DNA of 61,686 nucleotides, counting the filler, from Dugesia japonica (taxonomy: Eukaryota), in assembly GCA_001938525.1 (NCBI GenBank). It is 6 parts of 6 records of this genome, joined end to end, with 100 filler letters (N's around TTAATTAATTAA, not from the genome) between each part and the next. Parts side by side here need not be neighbours in the genome. Positions count along the whole stretch, not along the records: positions 1 to 12,261 come from MQRL01602327.1; positions 12,362 to 20,856 come from MQRL01588116.1; 4 more parts are not named here. One strand, 5' to 3'. The notes beneath the pieces were generated by a model that did not search any database, was not told the origin of the DNA, and was given only the letters and a program-made list of their open reading frames with translations. The position numbers and the translations under genes are program-made. Positions 1 through 14,032 of the stretch are shown here, piece after piece (within the stretch, counting starts at the first letter, position 1; every line of letters starts with the position of its first letter).

Positions 1-1135
1 AAAAGTTGCTAACTTTTTGACCACTTCATAAACAGATTTTTATGATTTACATGACATACATGAAATAAATACTTGATGCTTTCTTAACTTTGCTGTTTTA
101 ATAAATCATTTATTACGTTAAAGATTCTTACAGGTTTTTCCTATAAACATGTTAAAAATATAATGAAATCGGGGAGGGTTGCTAATTTTTTTGACAACAC
201 TGTAATTATTTTTTAGAAGTACTTCAATGCTTAATAAATATTCATTAATTTGGTAGTCTTTTTGCAAACTAAATAGCTTCTTANAATTATTTCAATCCTT
301 TCATTATTAAAAATATATTTCTTCTTAATAGGAAGCCGAATATTTTTATGACCAACATTTAGTTGTGAAATAACCATTTTATTGTTTCCATTATTTTGTA
401 AGGATTATATAAAATTATATACTGTTGCATGATTCGAAATGCAAGCCATTTGTCCTTTTGAGAACATACAGAACAAAATTATAACAATTTTAGGTATTAA
501 CTTTAAACTTAAAATTTGAATTTTTCATAAAAGAACTATTAAACGCTAGACTAACATAGTATTTCCCAAGGTAATGTGCGAAATCGATTAGTAAAACGAA
601 GGAATATTTTACTAAGTGTTTAAATGTCGCAATCAAATCCAAGATCAAAATAGAATATTAAAATCCTATCAGGTTCATTATACTCAAATAATACTGCAAA
701 ACTGCCTTTATTAAAAGCGTTCTATTATACGGAAAATCGATAACGCATGTGTCTAAGGAGGAAGGAATTTCAGATCTCTTGAATAGCTGGAGCAAAATTA
801 AGGGTGAAAAAAGCACTTTTCTATAATTTTTTCTGCTATTTTTCTTATTTCAATACGGCCAACTTTTTCAGAAGGCAAATGTTCAATTGTATTATAAAAA
901 ACTAGAGGTTTGTTTTTTATCACTATAAGAGTGATTCATAGATTTTAAATATCTGGGAAATTTTTTAATTTCGTATATATTACATCAATGATATTAAAAT
1001 TTTTTTTGAAATATTTAAAGAATTGCTATATATTATAATTGGTAAAAGCATAAAATTATTTTAAGAAATTATTAAATTAATTTTGGTGATATTTCCATTT
1101 AATATTTATATCAAATATATTAAATATTTTAATGA

Positions 1136-1930
1136 TTGTCTCTTTCGATTGCCGTTGCCCAACTTAGAGCGGGTATTGATAAAAAGTTTGCTGCTTCAAG
1201 CTCATCTTCCTTCTTGACTTGTGTTCTGAATTGTTTAAAAACATCGACAAGCAAGTATATGTCCAATTTCGTGCATATCAGCATACATTACAAAAGATTG
1301 GTACAACTGTATTAAGTCCTTATTTGGTTTGCCTCTTATTCTTCTTTGATGTTGTTCTATTTTGGTAATAGCTGTTTTTGTCAATGAACAGTCTTAGAAA
1401 TCTGTTACCAACGTCTTTAGTGAAGCTGATGTGAGCTAATATGAGTCAGAAGATTTGATAGAGACTGCTTCTTGATGGTCAGATTTGATATCTGCTGAGA
1501 GTGTGATAAATATTTCGACAGTGTTATCAATAATATTGAGATTCCAAGTAGGGAACTTATTGATTGTATGTTTGAATATATGATTTAAGTCATTTCCTTT
1601 TAGGTTGTGAAAACGAACGGTAGGTTTGGACAAATTACATTAAACGCAGCTCCAATATATATTCCGGTAACATGACAATGATCCCTCACATATTTTTTCT
1701 GATGTTTTCTTGCATTAAACAATTTTTTTGCATTTTTAAAATTCCTTCATTATTGAGATGATAACGGTGACATTGAAACTTTTGCATTCTTATAATACGA
1801 TAAAACTTTGGTTTTACAATTGATTTTTATGCTCTTAAAATACTAACAATACCTTCTGATTCAGAAAATTGTTCATAATTCATATATACATTCAGTAGCA
1901 AAAGCAGAAAACTGGCCGACCCTGGTAGAT
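1136..1930 (-). pseudogene. Decayed Maverick/Polinton protein-primed DNA polymerase B fragment (endonuclease VII-like and exonuclease regions)
   Basis: Manual minus-strand translation gives VRDHCHVTGIYIGAA (~1645-1690), FHNLKGND (in ORF 1436..1633) and DIYLLVDVFKQFRT...NFLSIPALSWATAI (1148-1263). These match the Polinton pPolB motifs VRDHCHxTGxYRGAAH, FHNLxGYD and DVxLLADVFExFR...PGLSWDA in the right order. Frameshifts and deletions are present. Confidence 0.8.
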
Positions 1931-3127
1931 GAATATTTTTTGTGAACCAACAGTTATTCAAATTAAAGAAGAGATAAAAGTTTTTTAGAAATTTAGAAAT
2001 ACAACTGATTTATTGATTAAAATAGTTTATTAAGACATTTTTTAAGACATCTTTTGAATACTTTTCAATTTCCAATATTGTTTTCAAATTTTTGTAGCCG
2101 ACGATTTCCACTGTAATCATAGATTTGTTTGAAATAATATAGACTCCGTTATTTTCCTTTGAAATGATAAACTTGTAAACTTTATTTCCATTAATTCATT
2201 GATTTCTGTAAATAGTTCATTTAATGTTGATAGATTATTCAAACGTATGTCAGAAATACTATAAGCACCTCTCTCAAGTTTTACAGGATCTTAAATCAAA
2301 ACATATATAATAGTCAATAAAATTATAAAGCATACGTTACTGGTTTCTTGAAGAAAACAATTCCGTATTTGTAATAGCTCTGAGGTTTCTGCATTTTCTA
2401 TCAAGTGAAGACATATTTTTCTTTGTAACTGTAGTAATTTTCATTTTGAAATAATATATAATAACTGCAAAATTTAGCTGATATAGTATTTGATGCGTGT
2501 GCGTGTATATAATTAAGCAAGTGTAATTAATTGTAATTAATTGTAATTTAATTAATTGATATTTGTAATTAATTAATGTAACAAAGATGTTTCGATATGT
2601 TAAGATTACGTACTATTATTCCAGAACATTCTTATTAAATTTAAATATTTAAAATTATCCCGTTAATAAATTAAAATAGTTTAAATGCACTTTTTGCATG
2701 AAATGTAATCTTTTCAAATTTCAAAATTCTTAATTAAAAATATCTAAGAAAATCTATCCCAGGAAGTATTCCAATGTATCTCTGAAATTTGTATCGAGTG
2801 TACAGACTTTGACCGAACTTTAATCTAAATACACACTTTAATCCACTGTGAGTATTAAGTGCACTTATCGGCCAGATAACTGCGTAATCACTTTGTATGT
2901 ACTTGTTTGTTTTAGAATTATTTTTATTTAATTTATTTTGCATTTGTTTTAATGATTTTTAACGACGATATTCTTGATCAGCGCAAAATGACATGTGAGA
3001 CAATAAGTTTTTCAAAAAAAAAATAACCACGACAAAATTATCAATTGATTACCATAAAAAATTTTATGATTTAGACAAAAATTTAGTTTCGTCAATTTAA
3101 ACAAGAAAAACCATTACTATATGAAAA

Positions 3128-3272
3128 TGTTGCTATGGAAATGTTGTTCATGGTAATCGTTAAGTAATAGTTGCACAATAGTTTCTTCTGTGATAATTAC
3201 GCAATGGTTGCTATGACAGACGTTAACATGGCAACTACCACATTACAATTAGAAAATGGTTGTCATGGAGTT
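3128..3272. promoter_or_regulatory. Cluster of RFX X-box-like motifs, probably part of a repeat/subterminal region
   Basis: GTTGCTATGGAAA, GTTCATGGTAA, GTTGCTATGACA, GTTAACATGGCAAC and GTTGTCATGGAG occur within about 150 bp. Confidence 0.3.
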
Positions 3273-4033
3273 TTAATTTTAACAATTTGAAATTAAACTA
3301 TTTAAATATTCAATATTTCAACAATTTAACAGTTTTTTAAAATTTAAAGACAAATTTCAAATAGAAAACCTAATAAAAAATTTAAAATTATAATTCCAAA
3401 TTAATTAATAATTCATAATTAATTAAAATTGGATATATTTGTTCAATTAATTCTCGTTTTCAAAAAAATGTATCAAATTAAAAAAAATTTTAAACTCAAA
3501 TATTTTCAATAAAATATAATATTTAATATAGCAATAAAATTAATTTAAATTAAAAAAAAACAAATTATTTCTTACATCATTTACTGGACGTTTCATTCTC
3601 TGCAACTAATTAATTACTTAATTAATGAAAGATAAAATATTATCAACTTGATTTTGATTAAGAATTCACAAAAGATGATAAACAATTTGTCCTAAAAAAC
3701 ACAGATATTGTTAAGAAAAACACGTTAAGAACCAAACATTTCTCTTTAAAATATAGAACAGTTTAAATTTGACATTTTCCTAAAATTATTGTTTGCAAAC
3801 AATTTTTAAAACACCATTAAGAAGTTTATTGTTAAAATAAGCAAAGGAATTCAGGAAATCTTTACTATTCCTATTTTCGTAAAAGCTCAATATATATTGG
3901 CCCAAAATTAGTATTGCTATACTGAGTGAATGTATTAATTACAGTGAATGTATTTAAATTGGCGTGCATTAAAATAATATGAAATAAATTACTTAAGTTT
4001 TCATTGGTTGGCTAGTTGATCATGATCTTTTTA

Positions 4034-4446
4034 TAAGGTTGAGCAACCTTTTTCATAACGGGCCACATATAAGAAAAATATTAAAATATGAATACTAAAA
4101 TTAAATGATTAACACAAATTGTTATCTGTTTGAACATAATAACAAGCTTATAAAAACAACAAAACAAATTAATAAATTTTAATGAGAAGTTAGAGATTGT
4201 TTCATTCCAACCAATTGGTATATATATTTGCAGATATAGTTGACATGGCAACTGGCAACTTTTAATAAAAGGTATCTAAAGGAAATTAGTTCTCAATAGA
4301 TACAATTTGTATCGAAAATATAAAAATACTCCCTATCTTTATTATTTATACAAAATTTTAAAGTATGTACCATTTTTATTTGAACTTGGAAAATATTTTG
4401 ACTGGCCGCAAAAAATTTTTGCCGAGCCGCGCGTTGCTCATCCCTG
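4034..4446. mobile_element. Non-autonomous hAT-type element (MITE)
   Basis: Imperfect TIRs taaggttgagcaac / gttgctcatccctg with subterminal GGCCGC/GGGCCAC motifs. No clear 8-bp TSD. Confidence 0.5.
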
Positions 4447-5959
4447 GGCTAGGCGTTAAATAAAATAAAGTTGTTCGATGTGTAGTTGGGATTTAATTTG
4501 ACTCTAATAGAATTAAATAAGAAATTAAAAATACATGCTGGTTTGTTTTCTTTTACGCTAGTGCATTTTCCACGAAAATGTACTGAATGTGAAAAATAAT
4601 TAGTATTTTTCTTATTTTATCGAATGAAAATTCAAGTACAACAGATGATTGACATCATTTTGTAAAAATAAATAATTCAGTTAAACTCTGAAATAACGGT
4701 AAATAAATNACAAAAGGCAAAATACTATTTATAAATTAATATTTGAGGGAAATTCCACGTTTTTCATTGCGATAATTTATTTGTAACATATTAAATAAAA
4801 GCCGTAGTGAAATCAATACACCCGATAAAGTAAAAAGGAAAATTTACTCTGTCGTTACTATATTTTCTTAGATGATTAAAATCAAGTTCCGTAAATTGAA
4901 GAATTAAAAAAAGTCTGAGGAACAATTCTCAGAACGTTTCCAAACTCAAGTGAGTGCTCTAATACAAGATGGATAATGATTCTAAAAACAAAAGCCTAAT
5001 TCTTTTTCCCAAATTTATGTGCTCTCTTTATTTTGATCGGCAAATTTGGTCCATCTTATTACTTTTATTCTTTTTTATTTATATCGCATTAAATATAGAC
5101 TTTCTATCATATTAAAATAATTCACATTTCTGATTTTGAAATTTTATTTAAGTAAAAAAAACATTTTTAATATTTCTTTTCCATGTTATGTTTTGGAAAG
5201 TGGATTGATGTGACACTTAAGAAGATATAAACCAAATTGAACAAATAAAATTAAACGACAAATAAAATTTTAAAAAATACCTTTTTCAGATCTGATACCT
5301 GTAAAAAAAGAATTTAAAACTAATTATTTGAAAATTGTATTATAATTAGAGTTGAATAGTGTTCAATTTCAAGAGTTCCCATGGCGGTATTAAAGGAAAC
5401 ATTTTGGTCGAATGCAAGTTTTCATAATTGTATAAAGTTGGTAAATAATAGCGCACGGCAGTAGTACCTTATAATGCCACTCAGTATTTTGGATTTTTGT
5501 GCCTTAGTATTTCTACGAACAAATTACATAATCAGTGTGCCATCGATTTTTAGCACTGCGATCAATTACAATACCTTTGCTATTATATTTTGTGCCTAAT
5601 TAGACTTTTTTCTGTTTTTTAATTATTTTAGTTGTATTTTCGGTAGAGAAATGAAATATAATGTTCACACAATTTTCATATTAAATTATTTTTGTTTTTT
5701 CTATTGTTTTTTTCTCAGGTAGTCCTTTTATTTAGTGTGTTGTGAAGTTTTATTGTGTAATTTGAGTTTTCTAATATCTATTTTCACTTATACAATTTAG
5801 CTTTTGTTATTCATGTAGAATTTTTGGTTTAATTTTTTTGGTTTTTAATCGAGTCCATTGGATGAATTAAAATAAGTTAGTAGATTCAACCAAATTTAGA
5901 GCGTTGAAAGAGATTTTCATTGATATAGCTAATTTGGATGAATCAAAGTTAAAAAAGAA

Positions 5960-6240
5960 GTTTGTTTTAGTCATTATAGACCGATACTGCAAACTTGTCA
6001 GCCTGTCAGCCATGGCAAAAACATGACGAAAAATTTGTATTTGAATCAATAAAAGAGAATTAGATATATAGATTTGGCAAGCCAAAATCCATATTGATAG
6101 ATAGAGGCAAAATATTTGAAGGAAAATTGATGAAAGGAATGACTCAGAAATTTGGAATTACTCATGAATATTAATCTCATTACCAACATCAATCAAACGG
6201 GTTTGAAGAAAAACCGATCAGGATTCTACGTGATATGATA
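5960..6240 (+). pseudogene. Ty3/gypsy rve integrase remnant
   Basis: Plus-strand translation: VLVIIDRYCKLV...RFGKPKSILIDRGKIFEG...FGITHEY*SHYQHQSNGFEEK..RILRDMI, with stops and frameshifts. Confidence 0.75.
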
Positions 6241-6261
6241 TAAAATTATACCTAATTTGAC

Positions 6262-6822
6262 GGTGGCCGGAGAAAATAGTATCGGACAAAATGGTACGGA
6301 TGACATGGTATTTAGGAAATATGATTGTTTAATTTATTTTTAGGATTCTATATAATATCAGTATATATATGTTATTTTAAACAATATAATTTATAGTACT
6401 TTTTAAAGTTTAAATTAGGGTTGTATGATTTTGTAAACAAAATTGTCAAACTTTTATAGCATTGATTNNNNNNNNNNNNNNNNNNNNNNNNNNNNNNNNN
6501 NNNNNNNNNNNNNNNNNNNNNNNNNNNNNNNNNNNNNNNNNNNNNNNNNNNNNNNNNNNNNNNNNNNNNNNNAACTGACAGTGTTGTTAAAAGCATTATG
6601 CCAACCCTAAAGTGCATTGTTACTGTGAGGCAAGTTACCTATAACTCTAGAATATTGATTTATGGTATATTTTCAAATTTTAAATAACTTTATATTAAAT
6701 TATTACTGAGGATAGCCAGAAAAATGGTATCTACTTATTATGTTATATGTTGTAAACACCATTTTGTCATCATACCATTTTATCACCATAACATTTTGTC
6801 CGTACTTTTTTAATCTAGTACC
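6262..6822. mobile_element. Small non-autonomous DNA transposon with repeat-rich inverted ends
   Basis: Left-end repeats (ggacaaaatggtacggatgacatggta) are mirrored at the right end (accattttgtcatcataccatttt...cattttgtccgtac). Confidence 0.4.
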
Positions 6823-9800
6823 AATTTGAAATATGTAAATAAAATTAAAGGTTAATTAATTTTAAGTGCACATGTATCATGTAAATATACTAGAAATGTG
6901 CGTCATCTTATTGCGATTTGAATGAAACCTAATTTGATTTAGTTAGATAAAATTTAAAGTGTTTACAGAGTATGAGATGGTAAGGGTTCACTTAAAGATT
7001 GTGTTAACATGGTAGAATTTATCATTATACTATTTTGGTTTGAAAAATACCTAATTTGACATGTAAAGTTTTATATTAAAGGATTTTACTTGTTTTCAAT
7101 TGCTTACTAGAAGGTTTTGTCATCATGCTAGAAATTTCCATCATCCTATTTCTATTTGAACGATACCCAATGTTTCATATAAATTAAAGAGTTTACAGGG
7201 TTTAAAATGGTTCATTATAAGGTTAGGAAAAAATGTTAAAAATGTCCATCATCTCATTACGGTTTGAACGATACAAAATTTAATATTTTAATTAAAGGGT
7301 TTATATGGTTTGGAATAGTAGGGTGTAGTCCAGTCTAAACATACATCAGAGAAGCTGTTGCCGCCAGTCCGGGTAAATGTGTGCAGGTAAAAATAATATA
7401 GTCAAAGATTAATTAACCAACTGTCAAATTGAGCAATCCATTAGACAAAATGAGGAAATCATCAGTCCAAATTAGTAAACCAACAGTCAAAATATCCTAG
7501 CCAGTCAGAAATAGTAAACCATTAGTCAAAAGTAGTAACACACATCAAAAATGCTAAAACTCGAGCCAAAAAATGGTAAATTTCCAACCAAAAATGGTAA
7601 CATACCAATCAAAAACAATCAAAATGAGCCAACCACTTGATAAGCCAAAAATGGCAGGTCCCGGGAGGAGAGTGCTGGCCAATTGGTTTGGTACACTAGT
7701 ATTCTAATACTTATAAAAACTGTATAAAACAATGTATACTATTTTGTAACGGATGTTGTTATTTATCTAATTTGAATAAAACTACTGCAATAAAAATGAA
7801 AGAATATGCTCCAGAGGGTAAATTGATGATGATGCTTACTGTTTGTTATGCTCCTCGTTAGTTAATTTTGTAATAGTTTTGGTCATAATTTTATTAGTAA
7901 TTGTATGATGATTGATTGTAAGAACATATTATAACTACGCGCCCATGAGATTTCTTAACACATTTTAAACAAAAATAGATGTCATCGACTTGGCAAGAAG
8001 AAATATTTGTTACAGTAAAAGCAGTTTGGAGAAAATCGATCAGGCTAAATAATATGGGTATCAAAGTATACATGGGATGCAGAAGACGAAATTTCTAAAA
8101 ATTATTTTGAAGTTAGTCAAGTAGCAGACGTTTCATGGGATGAAGGTTGATGTACATGGTAGAACAGTTATCAAAAGTCTAACAGGGACAAAAGGTTCTT
8201 ATTGAAACAACTTAGATCAATGCGTTTTGATCATAAAACCAACCATAAAAATGTTATGTTAATTACTGAAAATTGTTGATATTCTAAAGTATTGATGATA
8301 AATTGGACAAATTAGTAGTATATGTGGTGAAATTTAGCGTTTAAATTTCATATATTTTTATTACATTGTAAACTTTGTGAGTTAAGATGTTTTTAAGTGG
8401 CTTATCGATACTACTGTACGGCAATGGTGTTAGTAATTAATGCTTCTGAACAGTGACACGACAGCCAGGAAACGCAGTCATGTTGCGTGAACTCACATAG
8501 GAGTTACAACAATGAGCTGGAAAGAGTTGGGGCACTACGTGTAACGCTACACTAATATTTTTATATATTATTGTATGAGTGATACTGTATGAAAGAATGG
8601 TATGATAGAATAATAATGATGTTTTAGAAGAGTTGTCATGAAGGCTAGAGAGAAACAAAGCAAGCATTATAAAGAGAAAAATCCAAATCAAAGGAATTCG
8701 AGGATGCAATCTAGCTATGTGTTGCGAATCATCGACTCTTCCAAAATCTAGGTTGGGAATACCAGGCTTAATTTTTTGTGTGATTGTAATAGTCCAGATT
8801 TCTCTAAGAAATAAACTTAAAAATGAGCTTCCTAGACGGAACCCAACCATATATAAAAAAAAGGATTTAATAATAATTTAATAACATATTTTTATAATAA
8901 TGGCTATTTTCTATCAGACCAACAATGCTTGACCAAATAAACGAATTGTTTTACTTTGAAATTAGTGAAAAGTAATAGGTTATGTTATCCTAGCTTACAT
9001 TTCTTGAAAATAATTTACTTTAAGTGATATTCTTTAACTTTTTAATTTGTAATTTTTATTTATTATTAATCAAAATTATTAATCGAATTTAATAAAAATC
9101 AATATTTTTAAATAAACTGATATTTTTATTAAATTTTCGTTTCGAACATAATTTTTTAAAATTTGTTTGAAAAAGACATATTTTTATGCTGTTTTGTTTT
9201 GTCTTGTAACTGAATAAATTTAGAAATGGAAAGTGTTGATTTTTTAATTGCATCGATGAGTACTCCAAACTCATCTACAATTTTGGCCTTTCAAAGGTCT
9301 ACCTATATATTTTTTAAGAATTGAATGGTAAGCCTTTAAAAGACAATTTAACTTTTAAATTTGTCTAAATTTTGACAAACATTATTCATTCAAATTGCTA
9401 GCGCAGATTTTTGAAATCATCAAATTTCATTGAATGGGCACCGTAGATTGGATGTCGCTGGGATATCAACTAGTAGGAATAGAAATCTACTAGCTGATTT
9501 TGAGTGTCCCATTGACGATCTAATGATGAAACTCTTAATAAGGCAGAGAATTCTAAGAGAATTTGAAAGGACTTAAATCCAAACATACTTAAACAACCGA
9601 GACATCAAATACGAAGTGGTGGACTCCTTTTTGTAATGGAAATGCGTAAGGTTATCACTAACCAAACACCAGCNAGGCTCAGTCGACACGGCTCACGCTG
9701 TAAGTACTAACTAGATCTAGAATGGCTTAGCTTACAAGATCGGGTGTACCCAACCTAGTTTGAGCGTATGTACATGTATTGTGTGTATTGTAGGCGGTTT

Positions 9801-12261
9801 AAGTAAAAAAACAAGATATAATCATTTCAACGTAGTTTCCATTTAAAAATAAAAATGGTATAATAATAATAATGATAATAATAATTTAAAATTTATAATA
9901 TAAATAATTTTGTTGAAATTTATACTTTTATCACAGAGAAATTAAATAAAAATAATTGTTCAGCACTTACATTGACAAAAACTGATTTCCTCTTGAAAAA
10001 TTAGTTATTATAATAATAAAACTAGAAACTAATTTACCGGCTCTATATTTCTGTTTTTCTGAAATTTGGTTAATTATTACAAAAGTAAAAAAAACTTTAA
10101 ACTTACTTTTTCAAAAGATGTTATTTTTATAGAAAGATTTAATAATAATAATAATAATAAATTAAAATTATAATAAATTATATAAAATCTATGATTTCAA
10201 TCAAACAGTGTTTGGATATATAAAGGTATACATTCATTAAACTAATGACATAAATCTTCAGGAATCATTAATGGTATAAATTTCTAAAATCTTCATTTTT
10301 AAGGATTTTAATAAAATAAGATCAGTCAAAAGTGAAAGTCTAATGAAAGGCAACATTTTTAACAAAAGTAGTATTATTGGCAGATTACTGTAAAATTCTT
10401 TATTAGAAATTATAAAGTCTAAAAGGCGTAACCAATTCAAAAATAAGTAGGTAAAATAGTTTCTTTTTTAAAAATTAATCAATGTTCAATAAATTTAAAG
10501 TTTAATGATATAATTAGTGACCAATGAAAATTAATTGGAATCAGATTCATGTAAATTATATTTCTATTTAAACGTTTATAACTAGACTAAATTGCGTAAA
10601 AGTTCATGAAGGAGACATAATCCAAATATTGAACCATCTATGAAAATAGAATAACATCGTTTTGATCTTTTCATTTAATATAATAAATTTTTATTATAAC
10701 AAAATTTGTTTTACGAAAATATTAAGTAAAATTGAGTTCACTATGCCAAAATATCTCAATGGAAAGATAAAATTAAATTAAAATAAATGAACTTCGATCA
10801 AAATGTTACTTTGTTTCATTTTATATCTTTTTTGGTAGTTATTCAAATAATGTTAATAACGAAGTTTTATGTTTTTTCAAAACTCTTCTTTGCGTCTTAC
10901 GTATAGTTGCATTACCATGTACAATACTTTTAATAATCTTAATGACATCTTCAATATTAAATGTTGTAAATGACTGTAGGATTTCCAATCTCACTGTAAA
11001 ATATGGAATACTTCGTTGTAACTTCGTTTGTATTACGCATGTTGATTGTTTATATTACATAGAAGTCATTAAAGATTTTCAAACATTACATTCTAAAGAA
11101 AGTTTACAAAAATTATATAGAGTGCTATCAATATTTTAGAATCTCGTGTAAATGATAAAAAAGTTTTTACAAAAATTAAATAGAAGTCAATAAAAGGTTA
11201 CAATATTAAATATAAAACTAAACTAAAAAGATAAAATTAAGAAAGATTATTTATTGATTATTGCATATCATTTAATAATTTTTATTTCCCATATCAGACT
11301 GTTAGGTCTCATAAATGTTTTGAGAACTAACTAGATAAAAGATTGATCATTCAAACTTATTTCTGTTAATTACCCGAACAGATTTATTTTAAAGAAATCA
11401 AGATCAAGAATACATTATGAGTATTGTGAGTAGGTTTTTCAGATGACCGATCTCAATATTGAAGAAATGTTATTTTCCTTTTAACATTTTTAAGAAAAAG
11501 GATTCGGGTGTGGATCAAGGCTAACCTTCAGTAATCAATTAAATGTTTTATTTAAAATAAATGTATTTTGAAATATTAGCTTGTTATTTCTTTGTTAGAT
11601 ATTTACTATAATTTTATGTTTTTATTGTTAATATAAATATTGCCAGGAACAATTAATATTAATGTAAATATTGCCAAGCGCGATTAATGTTAATATCATC
11701 CAGGAGAAACCTAGCTTAACAATCTAAAGGTTTTGATTAATTTAAATGAAAATAGACTTTTCTACCGATTTTACATAAAGAAACTCTAAAAAATAATTAA
11801 TATCACTTAATTTAAACCAAAATCTTTATTTTGACTTAACTTAAACAATATATCATTAATTAGATTTCATTGGAACAAAAATTCAATTTCTGTTGATTAC
11901 TTAATTATTATGTAATGATTGCGTAACGAATGTTATTATTAATTCATCAGCCCACGCAAATAAATTCCGATCAATTAAATCGCTGTAAACATGTGTGCAT
12001 GGGAGGGAGTTTGTGTTAGTGCGCCACTGTCAGCCTACTCAAATTATTTACAAAGAAAATCAGAAAGAAAAGTTTTAAAAGAAAACCGGTTTATGTAAAA
12101 AGTATTTAGAACTTGTTAGAAATTTTTAAAATATATTTTAAACAAGTAAAAATATTAAAATAAATACAAATAAAAATAGCTCACCAAAATATTTTTCTGA
12201 ATAATTTGCTAAAAATAAAATTTTACTATTAGTATAGAACACGAAAATGTGACAGTTTCAA

Positions 12262-12361
12262 NNNNNNNNNNNNNNNNNNNNNNNNNNNNNNNNNNNNNNN
12301 NNNNNTTAATTAATTAANNNNNNNNNNNNNNNNNNNNNNNNNNNNNNNNNNNNNNNNNNNN
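12262..12361. other. Artificial contig spacer N44-TTAATTAATTAA-N44
   Basis: Exactly 100 nt with a six-frame-stop linker; identical at five sites. Confidence 0.95.
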
Positions 12362-12629
12362 TGTGAATTTTTAAATACATATTTTTCTATCAGAACTTGG
12401 TTTTTAATGAATTCTTTAAACCTAAGAAATAATAATTCTAACAAAGTTTACAAGAATATTTGTTTTATTTATCGTTGTATTCAATAGATTTGCAAGGGCT
12501 GTTCCATTTTAATCCAAGGGAACTAAAAGAATAAACAATAATATGTAAAATGATATGAATACGAAAACCAATTTGGATAGTAGCAACACAAATAAAATAT
12601 CAAGACGAAAATTTAGATGAAATCAAATA

Positions 12630-13648
12630 AGTTCTATACTAGTTTCACTAGTTCATCCAAATAATACCGCTAGTAATTACATTGTTGNNNNNNNNNNNNN
12701 NNNNNNNATGGATGGTAGATGGGAAGTTGCCATGATGGATTTCACTTTTGCATATTCACTCATGTCGATTTATAGTCAATCTAAGATTGAATATGAATTA
12801 TTTATACTAATTCATAAGGAAATAATACTCATGTTAACAATAAAGAAAAAAGGTTCTTTTAACTGTTAATTCTCAAGAAAAATATAAAAATAACCGGGAA
12901 ATAGTTATAAAATTATCAAAAGAAAACGTTTTAATTTTTACTACTGATATTACATACCACAGTTTTACTATTTGAAAAGCAGGAAGCAATAAAGAGATTT
13001 TCACGTTTTAACGGTGAAAATGTAAGTTAAGAGAAAACATTAGTTTTTGATGCTAGTAAAAATTTTGGGGATAAAACATTTTTTTCTTGGCTTTCACTAC
13101 TTTAAAGATGACGATTCCATTGAAAAAATAGAAATTAAATATTATTATCCGATTGTAACTAAACATTCTTTTCAATTAGAATCTGAATTGTATATAAAAA
13201 ATTTAAATCAACTAAATGACTATTTTAANNNNNNNNNNNNNNNNNNNNNNNNNNNNNNNNNNTTAAAGCAAGATAAAATATTTCAATTTACATTAGCAAC
13301 TAAATTCGATAAAATCTTAACAAAAACATTAGGATTAAAAGAATCGCAATATAGTCAAATGCAATTAAATGATAAACAACTGCTTATAAAAGTAATAAGA
13401 AACCTAGAATATTAAAGTGTTATCATGAAATGTTCATCCATTGTGGTATTGTCGAACATATAATTGTTGAAGATGTTGAGGTAGTTCAAATTATTGTTGA
13501 TCATCCAATGTATTTACCTATTTCTTCATCATATATAAAAGATATAGAAATTGATATACGTGATGATAGTGGAAAACTAGTCAACTTTGTTGAAGATTCA
13601 AAAGCATATTTAACGTTACATTTTAGAAAAATTAATAATGAACCCTGA
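12630..13648 (+). pseudogene. Maverick minor capsid (penton) remnant
   Basis: N-terminal HPNNTASNYIV and MDGRWEVAMMDF. C-terminus (ORF 13430..13648) reads FIHCGIVEH...HPMYLPI...DIEIDIRDDSGKLVNF...LTLHFRK. Confidence 0.8.
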
Positions 13649-14032
13649 TATTGTATCATTTTATAATACTAGTCAAGCAGGTGGAGAATTACCTTACTTC
13701 ATTGGAAACAGTGTAGCTCTGGGTGATTACAAACAATAGGGAGATTTGCTTTGCCTATTTTTAGACGTATTGGTTCTTTTGGTATGCAAAAAGCTCAGGA
13801 TGTACTGGCTAATGATTGAAAAATACTTGGATTACCTAGTTGAGCTACCAGTATGATTCTAAAAGTAGCAGACATATTACCACAAAGTATAACAAATAAA
13901 ATGTCATCTGAAATAACTAATATGCTAACAAATGAATCTAAAATAGAACCAACTAATAAAAAACGTAAAATATCACATGCATCACGTATAAACAAACGAA
14001 TGAGAGGACATGGGACAATATTTGAAAAATGA
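13638..14032 (+). pseudogene. Maverick small core/membrane-active protein remnant
   Basis: MNPDIVSFYNTSQAGGELPYFIG../..SG*LQTIGRFALPIFRRIG with a basic C-terminus (KKRK..RINKRMRG). Located between penton and MCP; its stop overlaps the MCP start (ATGA). Confidence 0.6.

Noticed and set aside
7395-7650. Array of ~21-bp degenerate repeats considered as CRISPR-like
   Set aside because: No constant repeat with unique spacers, eukaryotic context, no cas genes; a decayed minisatellite or subterminal repeat.
8437-8850. 137-aa minus-strand ORF
   Set aside because: No recognisable motif, and the opposite strand looks like decayed coding sequence; not supportable as a gene.
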